Below the pieces are notes generated by a model. That model was given only the letters and a program-made list of their open reading frames with translations, had not been told where the DNA came from and ran no database searches. Positions 12,790 through 25,469 of a DNA stretch of 64,000 nucleotides are shown in pieces. The position numbers were made by a program, and so were the translations under genes. The DNA comes from Camelus dromedarius (taxonomy: Eukaryota), in NCBI RefSeq assembly GCF_036321535.1, contig NC_087437.1:87794001-87858000 (forward strand). Direction: 5' to 3'. Within the stretch, counting starts at the first letter, position 1; each line of letters opens with the position of its first letter.

Positions 12790-14538
12790 GTAGATTGATC
12801 AAGATGATAGTGTAGAAAGACCCTGAACTCACCTCCTCTCACAAGTACACCAAAATTATGACTATTTCTAGAACACCTATTGATGAAAAAAGACCAAACC
12901 TACCAGGATAGATCTTCTAAAACTAAAGATATAAAGAAAGAACCACAGTGAGATGGGTAGGAGGGATGGAGATGCTATATAGTGAAGACCCACACCCCTA
13001 GGTGGGTGACCCACAAACAGGAGAATAATTACAACTGCAGATATTCTCCCCAAGGAATGGGGGGTCTGAGCCCCACATTGGGCTCCCCAGCCTAGGAAGA
13101 TGAGTCCCCTAAAATATTTAGCTTTAAAGGTCAGTGGGGCTTACTTTTGGGAGAGCCAGAGGGCTGTGGGAAACAGAGACTCCACTCTTAAAGGGAACAC
13201 ACAAAATCTCACATCTCCAGGACCTGGGGCAGAAGCAGTCATCTGAAAGGAGCCTGGGTCAGACCTACCTGCTGATCTCGGAGAGTCTCCCAAAGAGGCA
13301 GGAAGCAATTGGAGCTCATCCTTGAGGGCACAGACACTGGCAGCAGCCTTTTGGGGTGCTTGTTCTGCCTCTAGCTTATTTGCCTCAGGACCCAGCCCTG
13401 CCCATGCCCACCAGCCACAAGGACCCCTCAGGACAAGCAGCTAACTGGGTGTGGACATAGCCCTACCCACCAGCCAACAGACAGACCTTAAGACCCCCCG
13501 AATCCACAACCACCCCTGGACATGGCCCTTCCCACTACAGAGCCCAGGACGAGGCCACATACACCAGTGCACAGGCACTAGACCCGGGACCCCCAGGGCC
13601 CTGCAGCCAGAGACTCCGAGACTCCAATAGCAGGCAAACACCAGCCTTAGGATCCCCAGCTCCATCCATCAGCGAGCTTACTCCAACCTTGGGACCAGCC
13701 TCACACACCAGTGGACAGACACCAGTCTCAGAACAACCAGAGTGCAGCCTGGAGGCCCAGCCCATCCACCAGCAGGATAGCCCTGGGACCTGTTGGGCCC
13801 CAGCCCTGCCCACCAGCAGGCCACTGCAAGCTTGGAGACACCCTGGACTCCACAGCCCAGGTGTTCTGTCAGGAACCAGCCTCACCCACCTGCAGTCCTA
13901 CACCAACTCTGGGAACCCTGGGCCTTGCAGCCAGACCCCAGAACTGAGCTCTGCCTGCCAGCAGGTAAGTACTAGCCCCAGGAACAGTCTTCACCCATCT
14001 GTGGGAAGGCATCAGCCCTGGGACCCGTCCCAAAACCCAGGGTTCTGCAACGAGCCACCCTGTAATCCAGACCCACCTTGCAGCAGCTGCCAGTAGCCTC
14101 TGCACAAGGCAGAGCCTGGCAACCAACTGGACCAGGGCCCAGCCAAGCCTACCAGACCACTCACAGCAGTCAGCCCACCACAATAGGAGGACCCAAGCAG
14201 CCCACATAGGGGGCACCCCTAGAGCATGTAGCTCTACTGACCAGAGGGGAATGTGCTGCTGGGGTGCACAGGACATCTCCTACAGAAGGCCACTCCTCCA
14301 AGGTCAGGAAATGTAACCAAACTACCTGATACATGGAAATAAAAACAGCAAAATGGGGGGACAGAGGAACATGTTCCAAACAGAGGAACAAGATAAAAGT
14401 GGAGTCAGACAATTTACCCAAGAAAGAGTTCAGGGTAGTGATTGTAAAGATGATCAAAGTACTCAGGAGAAGAGTGGATGAACACAGCGAGGAGTTAGTT
14501 TTTAACAAACAGTTAGAAAATATAAAGAACCAGAGACA
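12790..14538 (+). mobile_element. Cetartiodactyl-type L1 5'UTR plus ORF1 N-terminus, 3'-truncated
   Basis: Start gatcaagatg...gaccctgaactcacctcctctcac, then a GC-rich, CpG-decayed UTR. ORF1 ATG at 14353 (MGGQRNMFQTEEQDK), then NLPKKEFRVVIVKMIKVLRRRVDEHSEELVFNKQLENIK after a frameshift. Confidence 0.85.
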
Positions 14539-14679
14539 AAGAGTTTACCAAGCTGGTAGAATTGATTGGAATTGGTTCTTTGCATTTGTCCATAAATGCT
14601 GGAACAAGTTTAGGATGAATTTGTTTTATTCAAAACCTCACATCTCAACACGGTGTTGAGTAAAGAGCAATAACCTATC

Positions 14680-14835
14680 TGGCAGGAGACCCGCCTAGTT
14701 TGAAGTCTCCCTATAAATGTCCATGGAACTTGAAAGGGTCATTTACTTTCTTAGCCCCACTATTTCTTCTTTATAAAAAGGAAGGATTAGGTCAGATAAT
14801 CTATAAAATCACTTTCAGAGTCAATGTTTTCTGAA
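14680..14835 (+). mobile_element. MIR3-like fragment
   Basis: gggtcatttactttcttagccccactatttcttctttataaaaagg...gataatctataaaatcactttcag. Confidence 0.45.
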
Positions 14836-15446
14836 AAAGTTCTGATTGTCTAATTGTGGAGTATAAAAAGATTATATTAAGTGTTATACAAGAAAACTCA
14901 AATACATATTTCACAAGACCCCTACCATCCCTTTTCCTATAACCTACATGCTCAAATATAAGATAAATTTCTTTTTCACAAAGTGATCCCTCAAAAAAGA
15001 ATGAGTTAACTTGAAATCAATCCATTCAAAGGGTGTTTTTTCAATTCCTTTGTCTTGAATGACATTACAAGGACTGGAAGAAGTCATAGCCTAAAATTGC
15101 CTTTATCAATGTTAGTCTTATGTATGGGTATATTTAGATAGAAGAAAGATAGATGATATATAGATAGATAATATGGCTAGAACAGTTTAAAAATGGAATT
15201 AGAGAAATTTAACACATATTTAATAGTTATTCCTGGAGTCTGAGCACACAATTCCAAGTATTGTGGTAAACAAGATCACTTTTAAAAGCAATAAGATAAA
15301 TGGTTATATAGTGGAGATTAACAGAAATACTAAAAGTCTTAATGTTATGTAAATGAATACTCATCTTGGGATAGGATTTCCAGTAATAGTATCTATCACA
15401 AACAGATACACAGATCATGGACTCTAAAAAAGTCATGACAGTTGCA

Positions 15447-15587
15447 GGAGGCTATAGCTCAGTGATAGAGCGCATGCTTAACATGCACAAGGTCTGGGAT
15501 TCAATCCCCAGTACCTCCATTAAATAGACAAATAAACAAACTTAATTACTCCCCCCACCAAAAAAAAAAAAAAGCTTAAAAAAAAAA
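15447..15587 (+). mobile_element. tRNA-Ala-derived camelid-type SINE (vic-1-like)
   Basis: The head gctatagctcagtgatagagcgcatgcttaacatgcacaaggtctgggattcaatccccagtacctcca resembles tRNA-Ala with A and B boxes. It is followed by aaataaacaaacttaattactcccccc and a poly(A) tail. Confidence 0.9.
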
Positions 15588-15613
15588 GGTAGCGACAGAA
15601 AAGAATGTCTCCA

Positions 15614-15833
15614 GGGTGGGAAGGGATAAATTGGGAGTTTGAGATTTGTAGATACTACTATGTATAGATAAACAACAAGCACAAGGAACTGAATTCAATA
15701 TCTTGTAGTAACCTATGATGAAAAGAATATGAAAACAAATATACGTGTGTATATGTGTGACTGACACATTACGCTATACACCAGAAATTGACACACTGTA
15801 AACTAACTACACTTCAATTTAAACAAACAACAA
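15614..15833 (+). mobile_element. 5'-truncated lineage-specific L1 3'UTR with a perfect TSD
   Basis: gggataaattgggagtttgagattt...tacaccagaaattgacaca...cttcaattt plus an A-rich tail. A 15-bp TSD aaaagaatgtctcca lies at 15599-15613 and 15834-15848. Confidence 0.9.
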
Positions 15834-16099
15834 AAAAGAATGTCTCCAATGATGAAAAATTAATGATGCCTCATGAAATGTGAGATTTTTTAAATTAGCA
15901 TTTTAAAATAAATTTAAGATTTGCTAACATATGTGATTTTAAATAAGTTTTTGTAACTAAATAAACTGGCCTACTAATAAGGCAAATGGGAGCTATCTTA
16001 CATTTAGTGGAGCTTCAGAGAAGGCATATGTTTAGCATATTATATTATTTGATGTGGGAAATGACTATATACTATTAACTGAAAAAGATTTTATTAAAC

Positions 16100-16290
16100 A
16101 GAGTATAATGTGATATCATTTTTGTAATAGGAAAACGTCTATCTACCTCTGATAAGATGTTGACAACATATTGACTATGCTTATAACTAGATGGTAGAAT
16201 GAGATTAAAGGTAACTTTTTTGTTTCAAATATTTCTTTCTATCCAAGTTTTCTACAATAAACATAATAATTTTGACATTCGAAAAATAAA
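16100..16290 (+). mobile_element. Old L1ME-type 3' end fragment
   Basis: agtataatgtgatatcatttttgtaa...tccaagttttctacaataaacat...aaaataaa. Confidence 0.45.
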
Positions 16291-16954
16291 GACAAGAAAT
16301 CAACATCTTCTTTGAAGCCACATCCACTATGCCCCTCATTATGTGATCTACAATACAAATCTATTTATCTAATAAGATGTCAACCATTTGTAGCATCCCA
16401 ATCTGGTATATTAATTTTAATTCCTATCTCTATACTTTTTAATGTAAATGAGATTTATGTTACTTTAAATTTATTATTAAAGAATAAGACAAATCCTATA
16501 CTGCTGTATATGGTCAAGTCATAATAATATACTTATGAATCAAGTGAATCCAAATGATCAACATTTCTTCATTTTTTAATGTTAGATAAATAACTCAATC
16601 ATAGCTCTTGTCTTAGCTCTAATTCCTTAGAGTTAAAACTGTTCTTAATCCCTAGATAAGAATGTAGAGTTCTGTGTTGAGGATTAGCAGGAGAAAGTAT
16701 CAAACTATAGATCAGCTATCCTGCTACCCTGAAGGAATCAGAAAATCAAGCTTTGTTCTGTTCCATGGATCCTGAAGATGTGAGTGTTCTAGTCTCTTGG
16801 GGGAAGAGAGAAGAAAGCAAAAGACAGAGGCTAGCAGATCCTTGTAAAAGCAGGACCTGGAGCAGCAGCCCTGGACAGTGAAGGGGCACACTGATAATAG
16901 ACCCATGGGTTTGTCTTCTGTTTTGAAATTTATAGCTCCACATTGTCACTTAAT

Positions 16955-17150
16955 GCCCTCTGTGGTTTCTCAATGTTTATTTTGGTTCATTGTTGTAACT
17001 GGTCTCCCAGAGATGAAAGCTGAGGAAGGCTAGTTGGTAAGATTCTCTTCAACATCTGATGTTTACTAGAGCTCTGTGAAGTTTACTCTTTTTTTTCTCA
17101 TCTTTGAATTTAGCGTATTTGTTCCCTTAAGACCAACAATTTTATGGACA
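16955..17150 (-). other. Candidate terminal exon
   Basis: Acceptor tattttattttattgcag| at 17151-17152, frame VHKIVGLKGTNTLNSKMRKKRVNFTEL* (stop 17066-17068), AATAAA at 16981-16976. Confidence 0.3.
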
Positions 17151-17559
17151 CTGCAATAAAATAAAATATTTATTTCCCAAATTTTCTCTTTTACCCATCT
17201 CATGTTTCTGCCCCCTGTCCATCCCAGTAAACACAAAGACAGTCTCAGCAATCAATCCCTTAAAGAAGGCATGTCAATCAATCAACCAGTTTATACTTCT
17301 GGTTAAGATACTCTGAATTCACAAGGAGATGACAATCTTTATGAGAACTCAAAACCAGTTCAGAAAACAATTACTGAATGAATCAAAACTGAATTGATAT
17401 CTCAGAGTCAGGGAAAAGTGAAAAAAGAGAAAAAGCATCAAGGAGAATCGGGTCTTCTAAGACAGGAGCTATGTTTATTGAGAAAGCTATCAGGATGTCC
17501 TAGGTTGGAGAAAGAGCATGGAAGTGCACGGAAGTGAGGAGAAAGGCATGGATGTTGAG

Positions 17560-18480
17560 ATGCAATGAACAAACCTCCCTGGAGGAAGCTGTTTTTATTA
17601 CTGAAAACAAAGGCACTTTTTGAAATGAAGAACATCTCACTAGCTTTATTGAGGAATAGAGAAGAAGGTGCTTACAGATTATAGATGATCCTGAAGATCA
17701 GACTGAAAAATAAGGCTTCATATAACAGACAACTTGTATCAGTATACTTTGTCTGATTGTGCTTTGCAGATACTGAATTTTTTACAAACTGAAGGTTTGT
17801 GGCAACCCTGTGTCAAGCCAGTCTATTGGTGTCGTTTTTCCAACAGCCTTTGCTCACCTAATGTCTCTATGTCATATTAATTCTCACAATATTTCAAACT
17901 TTTTCATTATTATTATATCTGTGATGGTGATCAGTGATCTTTGATGTTACTACTGCAAGAAGATTATGAGTCGCTGAAGGCTCACATGATGGTTAGCAGT
18001 TTTTAGCAATAAAGTGTTTTTAATTAAGGTATGTATGTTGTTTTTTTAACATACACTGCTATTGCACACTTAGTAGTCTATGGTACAGTGTAAACATAAC
18101 TTTTACATGCACCGAGAAACCAATACGTTTGTGTGACTCTCTTTATTATGACATTCACTTTATTGTGGTCATCTGAAACTGAATCCACAATGTCTTCGAG
18201 GTTTGACTGAATCTATTTACAGTATTTTTAAAAAACAATGTGTCATAGTAAAAGTATTATTTTTACATTGGGTTGGTAATGAATTGAAGAACAGAATAGA
18301 AAGAGGAGACAAGGGTGGAGAAAACTCATTAGAAAACTGTTGCACTAACCTGGGTATAGGGTAATGGAGCCTGGATTAGGGTGGGAGTGATAATGAAGCA
18401 GAGAGTGTGTCAAGAAAAAAAAAAAATCTTAGGAATGAAAATAATAGTGGGTAACAGATCAGTTTATGGGAAGGGAAAAA
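17560..18480 (-). mobile_element. L2 fragment split by the Tigger1 derivative
   Basis: Purine-rich L2 antisense motifs, e.g. attagaaaactgttgcactaacctgggtatagggtaatggagcctggattagggtggg. Confidence 0.55.
17740..18209 (+). mobile_element. Tigger1 internal-deletion derivative (Tigger1a_Art-like MITE)
   Basis: Tigger1 left arm (gaaggtttgtggcaaccctg...tttcaaactttttcattattattatatctg) is joined to the right arm (gctgaaggctcacatgatggttagc...aatgtcttcgaggtttgactg). About 470 bp. Confidence 0.9.
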
Positions 18481-21400
18481 ACACGTGGAGTTGAAGATGC
18501 TTGAAAGCATAAAGGAATTTTTGTACGAATGACAGACAGTAAGCAGTGGGATGGGACTCACATCACAGAATTTGTGCCAGTTCATATTCTTGACAATTTT
18601 TGGTTCTCTAAGTAGCTACTAGCTACTCCTAGAAAGGATTTTGTTGTACTGACTTAGAAGTCGTGAAAAAAAATGAGTGGTCTTTTTAAGATTTATAAGA
18701 GAGTGTTTACACAAAGGAATACAAAATGGTTTTCAGGAAACCCTAAAATGGTATTTTCCAACACAGTTATATATTCCTACTCCCTGTTAGGTAGATCTGT
18801 CAAGTCAAATATTACTTTCTTTGTCTTATTTAGATGACATTAAGGTTCATCATACATTACTGAGGATTGTTTTCACTTAATTTGGAATAAAAAACCAAAT
18901 ATGTATATGTATTTTCTATAGTTTCTTCTGGCTCTATGTGCATAACCTCTGAGTTTTAACAATTCTTTTGAAGTCTAATTGGAGTAGGCAATACACTGTG
19001 TTCACCGATATCATTTTGAAACTGTCTGACCCATTATTACATAAAGATGAGCGTTTCACTTAATAAAAACTTAGAGTAACACAATTTGTTACACCATAAT
19101 TAAAGATGGACACATCTGTTCCATTTTAATTCAAATCCCTTTGAACATAATCGCATAAAGCTGCAAGAACAGAAATTCTCAGTCTTAGAAATTTACTATA
19201 AAAAAAATCATTCTGTCTACAGAAACTACATGGTCAAAGGACAATTTGTAAAATGAAGTCAAATAGATGTCTCTCACTCTATATCAAAGCATGAAATAAA
19301 GCTAAGATCGCAGATTAAAGTACTGTCTCCATTTGAAAGCCACAATTAGTTAAGGAAACCCAGGTGAAGGACAATTTTTATAGAAAGTACTAGCATTCCA
19401 TCCCTGTGGAGAGGTACTATCTTTATATATTCCCTTAGCCCATAGACACATAAAAACGGAGGGAACAAATACTAAGGATAGTTGGAAGAAAAACAAATAT
19501 AGAAGATAGTCAACATTTGTGTGTTAAACTTTAAACTTCCTGCGAAATTCTAAGTTTGCAGTCATAATAATTTCATAGACCTTACTTAAAAATAGCATAT
19601 CCTTTGATAAAGGCCAAGATACCATATCCAAAATCATTTTTAGGTTAACAGTATTCAGATGTATATGCAAAAAAAAAGCAGAGATAAAGGAAACCTATGA
19701 TCCCAGAATGAATCCTGAGAATTTCATAACGTAAGTTAAACGGCAAGCCATGCACACAAATATCCCTGAAATGTGGGCTGTTAGTCTGTTTTATTTATGT
19801 TTCCATATCCTGAGGATGGCTTAATGAGGAGATGCAATCAGGATTAGCTAAGCAGTGAGAACTTGGAGGGAACTGGGTGGCAGTAAGATTTATATAAATA
19901 TTTGCAGAGACTGGGAAGAGCAGATGCTCCTATAATCCAGACAATGTGTGTGCCCTTCATTTTAAAATAAAATAAAACAGTTGAAAGCCAAAATATAATT
20001 AATCAGAGGAAATGCTTTAATCAACATCTTCCAAATCCTTAAGAACTGCTGAAAAGATTAAAGAAACAAAAAAGAAGTTAAAATATGATATTCAAAAGGA
20101 AACTAGAATTGGTCTGTTCCTGACGTTTTCCTTTTATTTCAGATGTGGGATGGAGTCCACAATTAACATGCATTTCCAACTGCTGCCAACTAGTGAAATT
20201 TCCTAGGTGTTTAAGGTACTAAATAAATCACCTAAGACGTACTGTATAATTTACAGGGTAGTAATGATAGCTCTCTCTTCATTATTAATTTATCATAAGA
20301 AATGCATATGCTTGCCCTTATTTCCTGCAGTTTTAAACAGAGATTTTTCCAATTCAGTAGGAGATAGCAAGTTTAAATGTCAATTTTAGATTCATAGGTT
20401 ACCTACAAAGATAAAAAAGAAGCTGCATGTCAAGAAAGAAACAAACGTATCAAATCGTGGTAGATATCCAAAGTGGATCATATAGACTCAAAACAAGTGT
20501 GATTAACTCTGACCTCAGCTTAGGGCTCCATCCTTCAGACTCTCTCTTGCTATTATTTCTGTTGTTTTCTGCCCAAGATTTGATGAACTACTCAATATGA
20601 ATCTATAATTATTACTAAAGCGCAAAGAACAACAATTTAAACAGAGGATTTAAAAACAATGTCTCAAGGGAATAAAAAGCACACGCATTTGTGGCAAGTT
20701 CAAAATATACACATATTTAAAGCTCAGGGCACTTGCCCTTTCCACAAACAAAATTTTGTTGGTGACAGCAATTATTTCATATGCATCACCAAAAAATTAT
20801 AAACAATTTTTAACATAAGATTAGCTCTTATAGATAGTTAACAGCCTAGTACTATTAATTGAGAACAAATGTTAAATAGAACTTGAGCCTGGTTATAATT
20901 TCTAGCAGAAATGTTAGTACTATCTACAAAATTCTACCACAATGTCTCCAGTACTCGGAATTAGAAGTCATGAAATCTTAAAAAGTTAATCTTGCAAAAA
21001 ACATTGCCGAAATTATTATTACTAAAATGCCATGGATCAGAATTTTTTATTATGTGCCCTCCTATAACTAAGTCTTAAACATAGGAAAGACCGGTTGATC
21101 TGAGACATCCTTTGTGGATTCTGGACTGGGAAAATGACAGCAGCTATGTGGTAATTTCTTCTTTCTTCTTGTGTTCTGTCATCGTTACGGTAACTTTGAA
21201 GGGTGCATTGCACTTACTTGCTTCTTACACACTAGCTGTTTGATATTCTGTTCTAACAAAAGGCCAAAATATCAAACAGCTAGTAAATAACTGAAGACAA
21301 GATACAAAGATTCTGGTCTCAGTCTCTAGATGGTTTTTGGTATCTGTTTAGTAATTTATGTACAATGGCCCTTTGAACCCTGACCCCGTGTACTTTATTC

Positions 21401-22017
21401 TAGGCTGAGTTTACTATTATTAAAATAGTCTATATTTTATTACCAGAAAATAATTCTGAGAAGTTTCCTTATTGGATTTATATATCAATGTTATTCTTTA
21501 TCAAATGGGATTGTGTTATTCAAATTAATGGATTTCACATAACAAATTCAACCAATGATTTTAATCAGGCCTGTTGATAATGCTTATTAAGAATATGGCC
21601 ATTTCTGTCAACAAACTCACTGGAGAGATAAGAAGCAGAGAGCAGTCACAAAAAAATGTTCCCTTTATTCTGTCTCCTTTTTCTCATTTCTTATCAGCAT
21701 ACCACAGAAAGGGACATCAAGTTTAATTATTTGGGTTGTGAATATCATTATCACCATCTACCAAGTTTATCACTTGTCATAAGGAAATTAGAAATTAAGT
21801 TCTGCTAAGGATGCTGAGATGGGGACCCAATATCTGGAAATCTGAGTCTCATCTCTGCCATTATGTTGCATTGTAATCTACTTCATGGGCCGTGTCTACA
21901 AGATGAGGGGATTGAATTAAGGATATGCCACCCCAAGGCACTTGTCCCCTGGGCATTGTCTGCAACAAGCCAAGGCATAAACGTAACCATGTATGAAAAT
22001 TGTTCATAACTCTGGAA

Positions 22018-22166
22018 CTGTGCTGTCTGATTAGACATCCCCTAGTCACATATGGCTATTTAAATACAAATAAATTAATAGTAAATAAAATTTAAAATTC
22101 TATTTCTCAATCATACAAGCCAAATTTCAAGTGCTCACAGCCCCGTGTGGCGAGTGGCTACCCATA
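22018..22166 (-). mobile_element. MER3/MER33-like hAT-Charlie MITE
   Basis: ctagtcacatatggctatttaaat...aaatttcaagtgctcacagccccgtgtggcgagtggctacc. Confidence 0.85.
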
Positions 22167-23040
22167 AAAAAGAAAATTCTTCATAAATGACTATTCTGTA
22201 TCCATTAGTTTTTGGAACCTGGGAAGATAACACACCAAAATGATCATCGTGGAAAATTATCAACCTGTTTCCAATAACAGTCTGTAGCAGAGTCATTTAT
22301 ATAGTTTTGGTTCTTTTTAACCATGGTTCTTACCCTTTTTTCCCTGACAATGGAGTAAGACATGTGCAAATGACTGCTTTCTTTTTAATACGAAAGTTCT
22401 GAATATACATATGCTCCTGAATACTAAAGTATGTCTTAGTGGTCATGCAGAACCCACAAATCATATACCCATATGATATTGCAGCAAAGATTTATTTCAA
22501 AGACTGTTTGCTATGGGATATTAGTTGCTAATATTCACCAAAAAAAAGACACACACATACATGAACACACCACAAACCTCTTTTCAGATAAAAACTATCA
22601 AACAGAAACTAAGACCAAAAATAATACTTATATTAGTATATAGGCAAGCAATCCAAGCATGATCTAAATTCTAGTGGCTTAGATTTAATAACACCTGGTT
22701 AATGACTTATATGATTTTACATAACCCTCTATTTATCAAGAAAAAAGAACATAATAAATTGAAATGTTAATATATGAAAAATTATAGAGCATCAGCATAG
22801 TTTTCAAGCACACTAAAATGTATATGTTCAAATAAATGTTACTCAGAGTTACTTTTCAGAAAAATGAATTGCCTTTACATTCTCTGATACATTCTTATAG
22901 ATAACATTAGTGGTGTCAGATCTTAATACTTTGGGTACATTTTTTGTTTCTGAAAATAATTTAAGGTCATCTAAAGCCAAATCTTGTTCATAATTTCTGA
23001 TTATAATCAAAGTGAAACTAAAAAATTATACTACAGGAAT

Positions 23041-23245
23041 AATAATAATTATAAAGTAGCATTTATTCAATGTCCATGAAATATCAAGAGGTGCTGAGTA
23101 CTTAATATACATATTCTAGTCTATATAATTACTTCCCCATCTCACAGATGGGAAATAGCTGTTCATAGAAGTTTCATAACTTGCTTAATATAACATGGCA
23201 GGCATATTGCAGAAAAAGGCTTCAGACCCAGCTATATCTAGCTAG
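23041..23245 (-). mobile_element. MIR SINE
   Basis: ccccatctcacagatgggaaatagctg...aacttgcttaatataacatggc (antisense CORE domain). Confidence 0.7.
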
Positions 23246-25216
23246 TGCAAACCTGGGATGCTAAGGTTAATTCTCAATAAGAAATTCCTAACATTATTTA
23301 TTAATAATTCTTTTTACTTCCACAACTACAGTTATAACAGCTTATATTTATTATGATCCAGATCATAGCTTATTTTCCTTTAAAAAAATCATAAAATATA
23401 AAATTAGATCGGTATAATTTTTATAAATGTAACACAGATACTTTAATTTTAATGGAAAAGTAAATATGTATCCATATAAATTTGCAATAGGAAAAATGTG
23501 GCTGTGTAAATTTTAGTATGGTTTTAAAAGACTAGCAAAATTTGATGTAAAGTATTAAATTTATAAACAGTAATTCCAATGTATTAGTTTATAAAGTTGG
23601 TTTATAGCTTTCAAATATAACTTAGAATGATTATCCCACATACAGTTCAATAAGACAAGGGCTCATATAAATATCCTGTACCATCGAACAGTATCATTAA
23701 GTACATAAACCTAAGACAAAGCCGTTCAGCTGGCATACTAGACAAAGTGGAATTATTACAGACAGTTTGTACCAATTAAGAAAGTTCAAGCAGTTATTTA
23801 AATACTTGAGGCTATCAATTAGCCTTCAAAGCTCAAAGAATTCACCAGAATGTAATTATATCCAGCTTGGTGACTGACACTTAAGTTTCAGTAAGAGGTT
23901 AAGAAAGCCAAACAGGTCATGATTGAACAAATAGCTCCTGATCACAGAACCAGTGGTATCTTAGAACCAGATTATAGAGAAGAGATCTTGGTATTTAAGA
24001 ATGTCTGTGCAGGTTTTTAAAACTAAGAAGATTTTAAATAGCAACTATTAATTGAGAAACAATGCCAATGAATCAGCATAAAATACTATTTGTGAACAAT
24101 TCAGTTAGTTTCCAACAACATGTACATTAAACCCCATGCAGCTTTCAAAAAAAAATTGATGGATGCTATAAATCTTAAATTCAGTCTCAGAAGCAATGTC
24201 AAAAAGTACATTCCCTCTTACTTAGAGGTTTCCTTTCTATAGATGTCTTAACCCATTTAATCATGCTCCTAAATGCTACCTCATGGCAGGCAATTAAGAC
24301 TCTGTAAGTATTCAGAATATACATCTGTGTACCCATTTCTTTTGAGACAAGAAAAGAAAATTACTTAGCTGTAATTCCTACTCTCAGTGAACAGTAATTA
24401 CAATGACTCTAAAACTTTTGAACTCAAATGCTTCCCTAGTGCATTTGAGATTTTAAAAAAAAAATTCCATTCAGTGAGTTTTAAATCATTCAATGTCCTC
24501 ACAAATAGGCAAATGCACCTCCAATTCTTAAAGTCCAGCGTGTATCTAAAAATGCCAGCTTTACATTTCAAGATAGGCAGAAAGGAGGTATTAATAATGA
24601 TGACCCAAAAGATCAAGAAGAAAAGTTTTTTTTTTTTAATTTATTTCAGTATACCTAAATAAAGTGTCTCTCCACTTAAGGAAACAACCATAAGTTCTCA
24701 CCCCCGTAAATGGGAGCTGTTCTGATTAACATTACTTTTACCCCAAAATTATACGGTTCATCAATGTTCTAAGATTTACAAAGAGTACTGAATTGATGCT
24801 GAAAATAATTTAACTATGGATGATTCAGAATTTCTTTCAGCATGTTTTCCCTGTCCTGAGCACCATCATTAAACACATACATCATTATTACTGTGCAATC
24901 TTGTAGGTGCAGAATACAGAGGAAATGGGGTTTTCCTATACATACTTTAAAATATGTATGGGAATAAATCTGCTTTTAATTTACTAATTGGACATTTATC
25001 TCTTGATCATGAAACCAAAGATCTGAAGCAAAATACATTCATCGACATTTTTTAGAGGTTGGGTTTACAGATCAACAAGGCTTCAGTATATACAGAAATA
25101 ATAGCACAAGCGTGTGCGCACACACATGCAGACACACATAAACACACAATTTTTTACAGCACAAAAAGACTAACATGCCCTTAAAGACAGAAGCAGCCAT
25201 GTAGCCAAGCACTCAC

Positions 25217-25469
25217 CAACACACTCTGGCTGCCGAAACTTCCTTTTCATCACTGTAGTTGTAGTGAATCCTGGGTCTCCATTTAATTTTCACTGGTGAG
25301 GAAATAAATGTCCAGGATCTCCATTAGCCCATTGCTTGAATCCTTGATGCCATGAAAACTTTGATGTCTTACCCTCACTGCTGGAAGACGAGGGTGGGGG
25401 TTGTGAACAGGAGGCTCTTTCCACTCCTACCTTCAGGCTCACTTCATAATGGGAGATGTGTTCCAGAAT
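25217..25469 (-). other. Candidate exon pair (25469-25373 and 25292-25217) separated by an 80-nt GT-AG intron
   Basis: Donor GAGG|gtaaga, branch-point-like ggctaat, acceptor atttatttcctcaccag|, second donor TTG|gtgagt. Non-repeat sequence. No transcript evidence is available. Confidence 0.45.

Noticed and set aside
13134..14508. Dense cluster of overlapping 60-135 aa ORFs on both strands
   Set aside because: They lie in a GC-rich L1 5'UTR and ORF1 start where stop codons are scarce; not host genes.
15447..15520. tRNA-Ala-like sequence
   Set aside because: Mismatched stems, a SINE body and poly(A) tail, and a second family member at 55227-55421 show it is a SINE head, not a tRNA gene.
20143..20215. 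Plus-strand acceptor followed by DVGWSPQLTC (sushi-domain-like ending)
   Set aside because: Donors are weak, the rest of a CCP domain is absent, and no supporting exons were found.
22334..22398. Minus-strand exon-like segment (NFRIKKKAVICTCLTPLSGKK, donor gtaaga)
   Set aside because: The acceptor lacks a pyrimidine tract, and inclusion after the 25217 exon creates a stop; kept only as a caveat to the transcript model.
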